Positions 20,171 through 30,000 of a stretch of 64,000 nt of DNA are shown here, in pieces. The DNA is taken from positions 3,721 to 67,720 of the forward strand of contig JAAAOB010000172.1 of NCBI GenBank assembly GCA_009909035.1, in the 5' to 3' direction. A program made the position numbers and the translations under genes. Every line of letters starts with the position of its first letter. Positions within the stretch are counted from its first letter, which is position 1. The DNA is from Bacteroidota bacterium (GTDB lineage Bacteria; Bacteroidota; Rhodothermia; Balneolales; Balneolaceae). The notes under the pieces are model-generated. The model did no database searches, was not told where the DNA came from, and was given only the letters and a program-made list of their open reading frames with translations.

Positions 20171-20350
20171 CCCAGCTATGGATGCTCCCGAGAACGAAAG
20201 CGAATGCCGAGCGTTACTCGATACGGTTGTTTGCCATTAATCGTACCAGGTGATATCCTGAGAGACATGAGTATGAGGTGGACATATCAAAAAAAGGTTT
20301 GGGTTTGGATCAATCGTTGAAGTACAAATGCCATCCCAAAGCGTACGTCA

Positions 20351-21715
20351 CTACACCGCCACGTTCGCCTCTTCTGCCGTAAACTCCTGCAGCGTTGTTT
20401 TATACAGCGGCTTGCCAATCAGTGTGGCCGAGGTGCAGCTGGTAATTTCCACGGCTACATAATCACCCTTCTGGTAGTGTTCACGGTCAAAGACAACCAT
20501 TTTGTTGGTATCAGACCGTCCGCTGAGCTGCTCATCCGATTTTTTACTGGTTCCTTCCGCCAGCACGAGATGGACATTGCCAATCTCATTTTTGTTTCTC
20601 TTCTCCTGGATATTCATCTGCTGGGAGATAATTTCTGAAAGGCGCCGTTTTTTCACATTTTCCGGCACGTCATCTTCATACTTTCGATGGGCCAGTGTCC
20701 GTTCGCGTTCCGAATACGCAAACATGTAGGCTAAATCATATTCAACCTCTGCCATGAGGGTCATCGTAGCTTCATGCTCTTCTTCGGTTTCGCCACAAAA
20801 GCCGGCAATAATATCTGTGGACAGGCTCACGCCGGGAATGATCTCACGCATACGTTCGGTAAGTGCCAGGTACTGCTCGCGCGTGTAGGGCCGGCGCATC
20901 CGTTCCAGCATGGTGTCGCTGCCGGCCTGCGCAGGGATATGAATATAATTGCAGAGATTGGGCCGTTCGGCAATTAAATGCAGCAGCGGCTCCGGGAAAT
21001 CTTTGGGGTGGGGAGATGAAAACCGGAATCGCATTTCAGGATCAACCTGGCTGGCTTCATCCATCAGCCGCGTAAAATCGATCTCCTGGTATTGGTAGGA
21101 GTTTACATTCTGGCCAAGAAGCGTCACTTCTTTATATCCCAGGTCGCTGAGCTGCTGAATTTCCCGCAAAATGCTCTCCATCGGCCGGCTTCTCTCGCGT
21201 CCGCGTGTAAACGGCACAACACAGAAGGCACACATGTTGTCGCACCCGCGCATGATCGACACAAAGGCGCTGAGGCCGTTGTCGCTGGTACGGACAGGGG
21301 TAATGTCCGCATACGTTTCTTCGAGGGAGAGAAGGACATTGACGGCTTTACGGCCATCATTTACTTCTGCCAGCAGGTTGGGAATATCTCGGTAGGCATC
21401 CGGGCCCACAACAATATCAACAAGCTGTTCCTGGTCAATAATTTTATCCTTCACCCGCTCGGCCATACATCCCATCACGCCAACCGTAAGGTGTTGCTTC
21501 TCTTTCTTGATCGACCGAAACTCCTTGAGGCGATTCCAGACGCGGGTTTCTGCATTTTCGCGAATGGAGCAGGTGTTTACAAAAATAATGTCTGCTTCTT
21601 CTGCCGAGTGCACAGGTGTCATACCTTCCTCCATCAGGATGGAGTTGACCACCTCTGTGTCGGCAAAATTCATCTGGCAGCCGTAGGTTTCGATATAAAA
21701 TGTTTTGTCAGACAT
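20351..21715 (-). CDS. miaB: tRNA-2-methylthio-N6-dimethylallyladenosine synthase
   Basis: [23 protein letters not shown], radical [11 protein letters not shown] and a C-terminal TRAM domain. Confidence 0.96.
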   Translation of the reverse strand: MSDKTFYIETYGCQMNFADTEVVNSILMEEGMTPVHSAEEADIIFVNTCSIRENAETRVWNRLKEFRSIKKEKQHLTVGVMGCMAERVKDKIIDQEQLVDIVVGPDAYRDIPNLLAEVNDGRKAVNVLLSLEETYADITPVRTSDNGLSAFVSIMRGCDNMCAFCVVPFTRGRERSRPMESILREIQQLSDLGYKEVTLLGQNVNSYQYQEIDFTRLMDEASQVDPEMRFRFSSPHPKDFPEPLLHLIAERPNLCNYIHIPAQAGSDTMLERMRRPYTREQYLALTERMREIIPGVSLSTDIIAGFCGETEEEHEATMTLMAEVEYDLAYMFAYSERERTLAHRKYEDDVPENVKKRRLSEIISQQMNIQEKRNKNEIGNVHLVLAEGTSKKSDEQLSGRSDTNKMVVFDREHYQKGDYVAVEITSCTSATLIGKPLYKTTLQEFTAEEANVAV

Positions 21716-21807
21716 ATTGTTGGTGTCCGGTGGTGATTAATGAATCAGGAAAGATAAGAATCCTGGCTGAAGGGATGAAAGTCATTTACAATGCTTTGGG
21801 AACTTTT

Positions 21808-22659
21808 TTATTCATCGTTGATGGATACCAGTTCTAACTCAAAAATTAGTGTTGCTCCGGGATAGATAATACTTTGTGGCGGCGGATTATCTCCATAGGC
21901 CAGCTCGGCAGGAAGAAACAGTTCGTACGTACTTCCTTCACTCATAAGCTGCAACCCTTCACCAAATCCTTCAATAACCCCATTTATGGGAAATTCAGCT
22001 GGCGTGTTTTCAGCAGACTGATCGAAAGTAGCTCCGTATATGAGCGCACCGGTATAATTGACCTGAACCACCGATTCCGGGCCAGGGGTAGGGCCGGTTC
22101 CCTCTTCAATTATCCTGTATTGTAAACCGCTCTCCGTAACTTCAACATCCTGGCGCTCTGCATTTGTTTCGAGAAATTCAGGGTCAACTTCTAATAACTC
22201 AATTTCATAAATGAGCGCAGCCCCTATTGGCACTCCTTGCGGTGGTTGTCCGGAGCTGTTGAGTGTCAGGTCAGAGGGGAGTACAAATTCATATGTTGAC
22301 CCTCGGCTCATCAATTTTAATCCTTCTTGAAGTCCCGGTAATAAATTGTTGACCGGAAGCGCAGCCGGTAAATCTTGGGTGTAGGTGTTTGCAACAACAG
22401 ATCCATCAACCCGCGTGTTGAGAACATGCATAATGGCAATTGATTCATCCGATGGGGTGACTCCTTCAGCCTCCTCGATGACGCGGTACTGGAGGCCACT
22501 CTCCGTGACGGTTACATCCTCACGCTGGGCATTTTGTTCCAGGAATTCAAGGTCAGGAGTGTTGTCGTACTCTTCAAAATCGGGGCCTGATGAGTCCAGG
22601 CAGGCCGTAAGAAAGAGAAGAAAAGAGGCGAAAATTAGAAGCGGAGAGGATTTAATCAT
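21808..22659 (-). CDS. FKBP-type peptidyl-prolyl isomerase lipoprotein with two tandem FKBP domains
   Basis: Lipobox LTAC and two copies of FLE.NA.R.DV.VTESGLQYR.IEE...EGL.LMS.GSTYE. Confidence 0.88.
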   Translation of the reverse strand: MIKSSPLLIFASFLLFLTACLDSSGPDFEEYDNTPDLEFLEQNAQREDVTVTESGLQYRVIEEAEGVTPSDESIAIMHVLNTRVDGSVVANTYTQDLPAALPVNNLLPGLQEGLKLMSRGSTYEFVLPSDLTLNSSGQPPQGVPIGAALIYEIELLEVDPEFLETNAERQDVEVTESGLQYRIIEEGTGPTPGPESVVQVNYTGALIYGATFDQSAENTPAEFPINGVIEGFGEGLQLMSEGSTYELFLPAELAYGDNPPPQSIIYPGATLIFELELVSINDE

Positions 22660-22740
22660 TGGTCAAATGGTGGTGATTCGTCATGGAAGGTTTTCAAGGC
22701 CCAGCTGCTTGTAGTAGTTGAAGCAGATTGCCGTTTTTTG

Positions 22741-23247
22741 CTATAAGCTGCTATGCGCCGGCAGGGCGTTCAGGGCATTTTCTATTTGCGGATAGTGGGT
22801 GGTCAGCTGCCTGTCAAGCGTAGCGGGAAGTTCAGCGGTGTAGAATTCAGGTTCAGACGAGCCGGCCCAGAACGCACGCTGTTCATCAATCACGGGAATG
22901 AGGCCGGCAATTTGATCGGCTTCAAAAAAGAGAAGGCTCCTGTGTAACTCTTCAAAGCCGTCCTGTATCTGTTTTGCCAGCATCACTTTAAACGACGAGC
23001 TGCCACAATCAGATTCCGAATGGTGATCAAGATAGAGGTTTTGCAATCCGAAAACATTCAGCCGAATGTCCCGAAAAACCCGCTTGCAATCTGTTCGGGA
23101 GACGGACTGTGATTCTTTCTGCCGGTAGTACTGAAAATTCCGAATCAGCCGTTTACCTGTGCCGATGCTCATGGCTGTTACTGCTGCGGCGAATGGTAAG
23201 GGGGAGTCGTTGTTTAATTTGGCCATTTTTCGGGGTTTGCCCGCCAT
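22741..23247 (-). CDS. Hypothetical protein
   Basis: 168-aa ORF co-oriented with and overlapping pyrE. Start uncertain; no recognisable motif. Confidence 0.5.
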   Translation of the reverse strand: MAGKPRKMAKLNNDSPLPFAAAVTAMSIGTGKRLIRNFQYYRQKESQSVSRTDCKRVFRDIRLNVFGLQNLYLDHHSESDCGSSSFKVMLAKQIQDGFEELHRSLLFFEADQIAGLIPVIDEQRAFWAGSSEPEFYTAELPATLDRQLTTHYPQIENALNALPAHSSL

Positions 23248-23879
23248 CGGTTCAAAAGATCTAAATCACGTTCCTGAATTTTCTTTTCTTCAAGAGCCAC
23301 GTCAATTAACGTCACATAATCGGTGAGCGTATACACCGGAATATCGTATTTGGTAAAGCGCTCATTTGCTTTGTCGAACCCGTAGGAGAATATTGCAAGC
23401 ACAGCCTTGACGTTGGCCCTGATAAACCTGAGAGCCTCAATAACGGAGATGGCCGATCCACCGGTGGAGATCAGGTCTTCGATGACAATCGTGGATTGCC
23501 CTTTGTCCACGCCTCCTTCAATCTGATTTCCGAGCCCGTACGCTTTTGCTTTCGCCCGCACATAGGCCATGGGCAGATCCATGCTTCCGGCAACCCATGC
23601 GGCATGAGGAATTCCGGCGGTGGCGGTACCGGTAATGACATCCGGCGTCTCCAGGTGATCTTCGATAATTTGTATAAATTCCCTGGCAATTCTTTTCCTG
23701 ATCTCAGGATAGCGAAGCGTCAGCCTGTTGTCGCAATAAATGGGGGAGTTCCAGCCCGATGACCATGTAAACGGATCGTTTGGCCTCAGAAGAACGGCGT
23801 CGATATCGAGCAGCATTTTAGCCACTTCTCGTGAAAATTCACGATTCAATATAGTTGGTGTATTGACTGTTTCAATCAT
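23214..23879 (-). CDS. pyrE: Orotate phosphoribosyltransferase
   Basis: FTWSSGWNSPIYCDNR and PRPP-binding VIEDLISTGGS. Confidence 0.95.
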   Translation of the reverse strand: MIETVNTPTILNREFSREVAKMLLDIDAVLLRPNDPFTWSSGWNSPIYCDNRLTLRYPEIRKRIAREFIQIIEDHLETPDVITGTATAGIPHAAWVAGSMDLPMAYVRAKAKAYGLGNQIEGGVDKGQSTIVIEDLISTGGSAISVIEALRFIRANVKAVLAIFSYGFDKANERFTKYDIPVYTLTDYVTLIDVALEEKKIQERDLDLLNRWRANPEKWPN

Positions 23880-23968
23880 TTAGCGATAATGTCTTGTAGA
23901 ATATTCTTTAACCCGGTTCGCAGCTGCAGGCAGCTGCCTTGTTCAGTGTTTATCGGGGAGATTGCTTT

Positions 23969-24460
23969 CTATATTAGTACAATTGTATAGTTAACGGCGA
24001 TCAAACCCAGTGATGCATACATTCCTGCAAGCAAATCATCTGCCAATATACCAAATTTTCCGCGAAATTTCTCTGCTTGCTTAATGCCCATCGGTTTGAC
24101 GATATCAAACAGGCGGAAAAAAAGAAAGCCGACAAGAAGTGTAGGGATGTCGGGCGACAGGCGGCATAGTGGAAGAGCCGTTGCAAATACAAGAGACTGA
24201 CCTGCACACTCGTCCATCACAAAGGCGGCCGGGTCATCCCCGAGCACCCTGATGGCGATGGGTGCGGATAGTAAGGAGAGGATGCAGGTGCCAATCGTCA
24301 GCAGAACAAGCCCGGTATACCCAAGCAGATACCACGAAGCGTAGATCATTGGCAGGCAAAAAAGGCTGCCCCAGGTGCCGGGTGCAATTGGCAAATAGCC
24401 GGTGCCGAACAGTGTTCCGGCAGATAATGCCACGGCCTGTTTTAGATCGTCGACCTTCAT
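23969..24460 (-). CDS. pgpA: Phosphatidylglycerophosphatase A
   Basis: APGTWGS, DPAAFVMDECAG, FRLFDIVKP and GILADDLLAG. Confidence 0.93.
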   Translation of the reverse strand: MKVDDLKQAVALSAGTLFGTGYLPIAPGTWGSLFCLPMIYASWYLLGYTGLVLLTIGTCILSLLSAPIAIRVLGDDPAAFVMDECAGQSLVFATALPLCRLSPDIPTLLVGFLFFRLFDIVKPMGIKQAEKFRGKFGILADDLLAGMYASLGLIAVNYTIVLI

Positions 24461-25041
24461 CCGTGTTGCGAAAAAAGGGTTCGGTTTACATAAAGATACT
24501 CAATGCCGGAGTAGAGGGTGATGGCTACAACAATCATCATTCCCCAATAAAGAATGGCAGATGCGAATATAGTTTGGACAATGTCTGCAGTTGGTCCGGG
24601 TATCAGTAGGAGGAATCCGAGAAGGAGGCAGAGACAGATAAACACCATTTGAATGGCAGTTTTGGCCTTAGCTGTTTGCCGGGTCTGCATGGTGATGCCC
24701 TTTCTGTCCGAATAGATGCGAAGAATAGTGATAGCTACATCGCGAAAAATAATCAGCCCAATAGCCCACCACGGAAACTGAGACGGATCCAAAAATGGCA
24801 GGGCAATAAATCCTGCAAACGTAAGAAATTTATCAGCCAGCGGGTCCAGGAAAATGCCAAGATCACTTTCAACTTCGTAAAGGCGCGCATAATATCCATC
24901 AAAGTAATCGGTTATTGCAGCGATTGTGAACACGGCAAGACTAATCCCCCGCAACAGCAGATCTTCCTGAATAAACAGAAAGAAAAAGATCGGTGCCAAC
25001 ACCAATCGAACCGAACTCAGTATGTTAGGTAATTTTTCCAC
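24457..25041 (-). CDS. pgsA: CDP-diacylglycerol--glycerol-3-phosphate 3-phosphatidyltransferase
   Basis: LPNILSSVR and CDP-alcohol motif TDYFDGYYAR...G.FLDPLADK. Start placed at GTG 25041; TTG 25047 is also possible. Confidence 0.92.
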   Translation of the reverse strand: MEKLPNILSSVRLVLAPIFFFLFIQEDLLLRGISLAVFTIAAITDYFDGYYARLYEVESDLGIFLDPLADKFLTFAGFIALPFLDPSQFPWWAIGLIIFRDVAITILRIYSDRKGITMQTRQTAKAKTAIQMVFICLCLLLGFLLLIPGPTADIVQTIFASAILYWGMMIVVAITLYSGIEYLYVNRTLFSQHG

Positions 25042-25131
25042 ACTCAAAGGTAACGGAGTGTAGCGAAAGTTGTTAAGAAGAATTTTAGAACAAATTTCAT
25101 CATCGAGTGACAAACTCCTATTTTCTACCTC

Positions 25132-26421
25132 ATGAAAAAAGCACACATCATTTCAATTGGCAATGAACTCCTGATTGGAGACACAGTAAACACCAACGCC
25201 ACATGGATCGGCCGTTTTTTGAATTCCGAGGGCTTCAGTGTGGAGCGGGTTCTTACGCTTCCCGATACCTATGACCTGCTTCGTGATCAGCTTTCAGATA
25301 GTTTTGCCGCCGCGGAACTGACGATTGTTACGGGCGGGCTGGGTCCAACGCACGATGACATCACAAAAAGGGTGGTAGCCGATATGTTCAACTCAGAGCT
25401 TGTGACGGATCCAAATGTGCTTGATCACATAAAATCTATTTTCCGCCGACGGGACTTCGAGTTCAGCCAGTCCAATGCCGACCAGGCCCTTGTTCCCAAC
25501 AACTGCAGTGTGCTCTTCAATAAAAAGGGAACGGCACCCGGGCTCTGGTTCAGCGAAAATGGCCATGTTATAGCTGTTCTGCCGGGTGTTCCCCATGAAA
25601 TGAAATACCTTGTTGAGAATGAGATCAGGCCGAGGCTGGAGGGTGAATTCCCGGATCGCCCCGCAAAAACACTTCAGTATTTCCATACGGCCGGGGTCCC
25701 GGAGAGTACGCTGAGCGACAACGTGATTGGGGATTTATCTGAGTTTCTGAACAACGGGCTGGAAGTTGCGTACCTGCCCAATGCAGGGGGCGTGAAAATT
25801 CGTGTGGGCTACGTAGGGGAAGATCCCGACACTGCTGAAGACCAGATGCTGAGATTCCGGAAACTGGTGCTGGAACGGGCCACCGATGTGATTTACGGTG
25901 AAGGGAGAGATTGTGAGCTGGCAGCCGTTTTGGGTGATCTCCTGGTGAAACAAAAAAAGACGATTTCAGTTGCCGAGAGCTGCACCGGGGGCCGCTTATC
26001 CGATATCATCACCAATGTGCCGGGCTGCAGCCGGTATATGGTTGGCGGAGTGATCGCTTATTCTAACGAGGTTAAAATGGAGCAGCTGAAGGTCTCAAAA
26101 AAAGATTTAGAAAAGCATGGAGCAGTGAGCTGCCCGGTTGCGCTTCAGATGGCCAGGGGGGCCGCACATCTGCACGATTCCAGTATTGGCGTATCAACCA
26201 CCGGTATTGCGGGACCGGGAGGAGGAACGGCCGATAAGCCTGTCGGGACGGTTTGGATGGGATTTTGGATCAACGGAAATCACTTTGCCCTTAAAGCGGT
26301 GCTGACAGACGACCGGGAGGTGAATAAACAGCGAACGGTAATGATTGTACTTGAAACTGTACGCCGTACGCTTCTGGGCATTACGCATTTTCCCTATAAT
26401 CTGACCCCGGTCTATCCTTGA
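25132..26421 (+). CDS. cinA: Competence/damage-inducible protein A (NMN deamidase CinA)
   Basis: IGNELLIGDTVNTN, TGGLGPTHDDIT, AESCTGG and TGIAGPGGGT..KPVGTV. Confidence 0.94.
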   Translation: MKKAHIISIGNELLIGDTVNTNATWIGRFLNSEGFSVERVLTLPDTYDLLRDQLSDSFAAAELTIVTGGLGPTHDDITKRVVADMFNSELVTDPNVLDHIKSIFRRRDFEFSQSNADQALVPNNCSVLFNKKGTAPGLWFSENGHVIAVLPGVPHEMKYLVENEIRPRLEGEFPDRPAKTLQYFHTAGVPESTLSDNVIGDLSEFLNNGLEVAYLPNAGGVKIRVGYVGEDPDTAEDQMLRFRKLVLERATDVIYGEGRDCELAAVLGDLLVKQKKTISVAESCTGGRLSDIITNVPGCSRYMVGGVIAYSNEVKMEQLKVSKKDLEKHGAVSCPVALQMARGAAHLHDSSIGVSTTGIAGPGGGTADKPVGTVWMGFWINGNHFALKAVLTDDREVNKQRTVMIVLETVRRTLLGITHFPYNLTPVYP

Positions 26422-28394
26422 TTTACTTGCTTCTTCATATCATTGCATGGACACCTTCTGTGGAGGATACATTACAATTTCCTGAACGTGCCGACACCGT
26501 ACAATCAGAAATCGCGATGCCAGATACTCTTGATGGCCGGGGCCAACAAAACAGCGAAAAAGCTGAAGATGAGGATGAATTCCGCCGGGTGCATGTCTGG
26601 GAGTTCGATCATCGGCCGGGATTCAGCACACAGCTGACCGACAGTACGCTGCGGTGGGTCAATGCGCTGAATCTTACGCAGATCTACTCCCGCCGGCCGG
26701 GCGCTATAACCTACCGGACCGGCACCATCGGCAGGCCTGATGGACTGGACTATCACAGCTTTACAAATCGAGACTTCGCCGTTGAAATGGAGGGATTGCG
26801 AATGGAAGACCCACTGACGGGCATTGTGAACTGGAACCGGGTTCCCATACATAAAATCCAGCAAGTAACAGAGTCCGATTTCGGACCGCACCATCGTTCA
26901 GAAATTCGATTGAAAGATCACTATCTGGTTAAACCCAGAACATATTTAAATTTTGACGAGAGTAAAGGCAATTACAGGAACCTGGAATTTACCGCCACCC
27001 ACAACATTACACAGAAAACCAATATTGAACTCTCGTACTGGGACCGGCGCGACGGTATTCGTTATAGACGGAGTGGCATTAAAGGCAGCCAGGTGGTATT
27101 CAAGGCGTATCATCAATTAAACGACCGGTGGATGGTACGGTCCGGCTATATTACCAACTCTATACAGATCGAACAGTCGTTTGGATACCAGGTGCAGGAC
27201 CCCTCGCTCTTTACATTCAATCCATTTACGGAAATTCCGATCGAGACGTCTGCAGAATCTGATGAGGGCTCTAAAGATCTATACCTCCAGGCACATTTCC
27301 GGGCGGATACTTCCAGCTCCGTAAAATCACAGGTAGGGATTCACTATCAGACCAACGACCGAACACTTGAGTTCAGCCGCGATACAGTTGCCACGGATAT
27401 CAGAAATATAGAGCTGTTTGCCCGCTATCGCCTCGAACATAACCAGTCTGCAGTAACGGCAACAGCCCGTTCCTTTCTTCTTGAAAACCGCACGGAGCAG
27501 CTTACAGAGAATAACTGGCTTGGGCTGAACGGCGATTTGGACGCGCAAACAACACTCTTTGGGGGAGTGACACTCTCCTTCCAGGGTGGCGGAATGGTGC
27601 GGAATGACTCCGGGAATGATCTCTACACAGGGGTTAAAGCGCAGTGGCAGAGGGAGACTGATGTCAAGCTGGCGGTTTTTGGTGGATACGCGAGCCGCTC
27701 TGCCGACCTTCAGGCTCTCTACTGGCAGTCGGCTACCATTAACGGGGACCCGGGGTTGCTGAACGAGCAGTCGGTAACCGCCGGTGTTGAAGCATCGGTG
27801 GGATTAGGTCAATATATTACAGTGGGCGGCCGGGGTGATATACGCGAGACCGACAACGGGGTGTTTGCCGTTCTGAACTCAGAAAATGAAGGGAACTTTC
27901 AGAATGTTGATTCCTACACAACACTGTCAGCGTCAGGATGGATCGATCTAAACTCCTCAATTTTCGAGGGGTCAGCCTCTGCTACGATCAAAACATTTGA
28001 ATCCTCTGCTTCAGCAAACCCGGTGAACCAGGGCCTGCAAACAGGGGGTGAGAGAGTCTGGCTAAAGGGAGACTTTTATTGGAAAAATTATCTTTTTGAC
28101 CGTGCAACATTCGTAAAAGCGGGAATTATTGGGTTATATTCTCCAAATTTTATGCGTACAGCGGAGTACATTGCGCCCCTTAACCGATGGCAGCACGGAA
28201 CCGGCCAGTTTTTAAATCCACCGTACAGCAGGGTGGATATCGACGTTTCAGCCCGGGTACGATGGATGATGGTGCTACTGCGCTGGGAAAACATATTTGA
28301 CCGTGTAAACCAGCCGGGATATTTTGAAACGGTCGGTTATCCCATGCCGGAGCAGAGATTTATTTTTGGATTACGGGTTTTATTCACGAACTAA
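26418..28394 (+). CDS. Putative outer-membrane beta-barrel (putative porin)
   Basis: 658 aa with alternating beta-strand pattern and C-terminal YPMP..RFIFGLRVLFTN. Confidence 0.6.
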   Translation: MIYLLLHIIAWTPSVEDTLQFPERADTVQSEIAMPDTLDGRGQQNSEKAEDEDEFRRVHVWEFDHRPGFSTQLTDSTLRWVNALNLTQIYSRRPGAITYRTGTIGRPDGLDYHSFTNRDFAVEMEGLRMEDPLTGIVNWNRVPIHKIQQVTESDFGPHHRSEIRLKDHYLVKPRTYLNFDESKGNYRNLEFTATHNITQKTNIELSYWDRRDGIRYRRSGIKGSQVVFKAYHQLNDRWMVRSGYITNSIQIEQSFGYQVQDPSLFTFNPFTEIPIETSAESDEGSKDLYLQAHFRADTSSSVKSQVGIHYQTNDRTLEFSRDTVATDIRNIELFARYRLEHNQSAVTATARSFLLENRTEQLTENNWLGLNGDLDAQTTLFGGVTLSFQGGGMVRNDSGNDLYTGVKAQWQRETDVKLAVFGGYASRSADLQALYWQSATINGDPGLLNEQSVTAGVEASVGLGQYITVGGRGDIRETDNGVFAVLNSENEGNFQNVDSYTTLSASGWIDLNSSIFEGSASATIKTFESSASANPVNQGLQTGGERVWLKGDFYWKNYLFDRATFVKAGIIGLYSPNFMRTAEYIAPLNRWQHGTGQFLNPPYSRVDIDVSARVRWMMVLLRWENIFDRVNQPGYFETVGYPMPEQRFIFGLRVLFTN

Positions 28395-28403
28395 CAGGAT
28401 CAT

Positions 28404-29288
28404 ATGAGTGCACTATACCTATTAAAAGAAGGAGTTGCCGGTTTATCGAGAGCCCGCCTGGCAGCACTGACATCTATATTTTCGCTGTTTCTTGCGGTTT
28501 TGCTGATTGGCGTGATTACCAGAATTGGTTTCAATGCCTACGAAATTTCCCAACTGCTACGTCAACAGGTGGAGGTAGAAGTTTTTTTGGAAGGGGATGA
28601 TCCTCAAACTACTGCCCGGATACAGAATCGGATTGATAACGAGCCGTTTGTGGAAGAACTGATCTACATTTCGCAGGATAGTGCATCGAAAATATTCCAG
28701 GAAGAGTTTGGGATGGGGGGGAGGGCCATAGCAAACCTCAATTTTCTTCCGGCATCATTCCGGTTAAAAATGTCTGACCAGGTTACCATTGCACAGATCG
28801 ACTCGCTGGTACAGGAGATTGACCGGTATGAGGGCGTTAGTGATGTACAGTTTAACCTTGCATTGCTGGAGATGTTGGAAGCCCGTACGGACCAGATAAC
28901 GGTGGCCGGCGGCCTCGTTGGCGGGTTTATACTGCTCATTGCCATGATTTTGGTATTCAACACGATACGGCTGACCATCTATGCAAAACGTGATCTAATT
29001 CGGGCTATGAAGCTGGTTGGGGCCACGAACCGCTTTATTCGAACCCCGTTTTTAATTGAAGGGATTTTGCAGGGATTAATCGCCGGTGTAGCGGCTTCTG
29101 CACTTATTTGGGCTCTGTTTGAGTGGATCGCGCCCTACTATTTTTCACAACTTGGAGTGCTAAACTGGCCATTCGGTAAATGGTACTACTTGATTGGCGG
29201 GGTCGTTCTTTTAGCGATGGTTATGGGCTGGTGGGGAAGCCGGCTGGCTGCAAGGAAATTTATCAAAGATTCAACAGTCTATTCCTGA
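28404..29288 (+). CDS. ftsX: Cell division permease FtsX
   Basis: NTIRLTIYAKRDLIRAMKLVGATNRFIRTPFLIEG and four TM segments. Confidence 0.92.
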   Translation: MSALYLLKEGVAGLSRARLAALTSIFSLFLAVLLIGVITRIGFNAYEISQLLRQQVEVEVFLEGDDPQTTARIQNRIDNEPFVEELIYISQDSASKIFQEEFGMGGRAIANLNFLPASFRLKMSDQVTIAQIDSLVQEIDRYEGVSDVQFNLALLEMLEARTDQITVAGGLVGGFILLIAMILVFNTIRLTIYAKRDLIRAMKLVGATNRFIRTPFLIEGILQGLIAGVAASALIWALFEWIAPYYFSQLGVLNWPFGKWYYLIGGVVLLAMVMGWWGSRLAARKFIKDSTVYS

Positions 29289-29328
29289 TCCGGCATGACA
29301 CGCTAAAACGGGGATGCAGTACCAACGA

Positions 29329-29838
29329 TTACTCTGATGATGAGAGGCTTTTGATCTTATCCCCGGTTTTTTGCCGTCTCTCACATTCACTTTCATTATT
29401 GCAGGTGCCAAAAAGATGCAGAGAATGGCCTTCGATGTTGAAATCGTAGATCTGTTCCATTAATCGCTGGATTTCAAGGATTCGTGGGTCACAGAACTCA
29501 ATAACTACCCCACACTTCTTGCAAATCATATGATCGTGCTGCTGGTAGGCGTAAGATCGTTCGTAGTAATATTGATTTTTTCCAAATTGCTGACGCTGAA
29601 CAAGGCCACACTCTATCAATAGGTCAAGCGTGTTGTAAACGGTTGCCCGCGAAACTCTTGTGCCGGTATTTTTCATATTGAAGAAAATGTCATCGGCATC
29701 AAAGTGGCCTTCAGACCGGTAAATCTCTTCAAGAACCATAAACCGTTCCGGAGTCTGGCGCTGGTTTCTTTCTTTCAGATAGGTGCTGAAAATCTCTTTC
29801 ACAAGCTGAATTGTATCTTCGTGGGCAGGATGTGCCAT
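29329..29838 (-). CDS. fur: Fur-family transcriptional regulator
   Basis: RQTPERF, VSRATVYNTL and HDHMICKKCG. Confidence 0.88.
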   Translation of the reverse strand: MAHPAHEDTIQLVKEIFSTYLKERNQRQTPERFMVLEEIYRSEGHFDADDIFFNMKNTGTRVSRATVYNTLDLLIECGLVQRQQFGKNQYYYERSYAYQQHDHMICKKCGVVIEFCDPRILEIQRLMEQIYDFNIEGHSLHLFGTCNNESECERRQKTGDKIKSLSSSE

Positions 29839-30000
29839 GATAAAAGTTGTTAACTGTTAAATCTGTTGAACGTTCGGAAAATAAACGTTTTTATTCGGGG
29901 GAAAGTGCAGAATGTTTTGATCTCGATTTTAGGCTATTAAAATTGGTCAGATACATTATATTATGCACTATCTACTCTACATATACAAAAATAAAATTTT

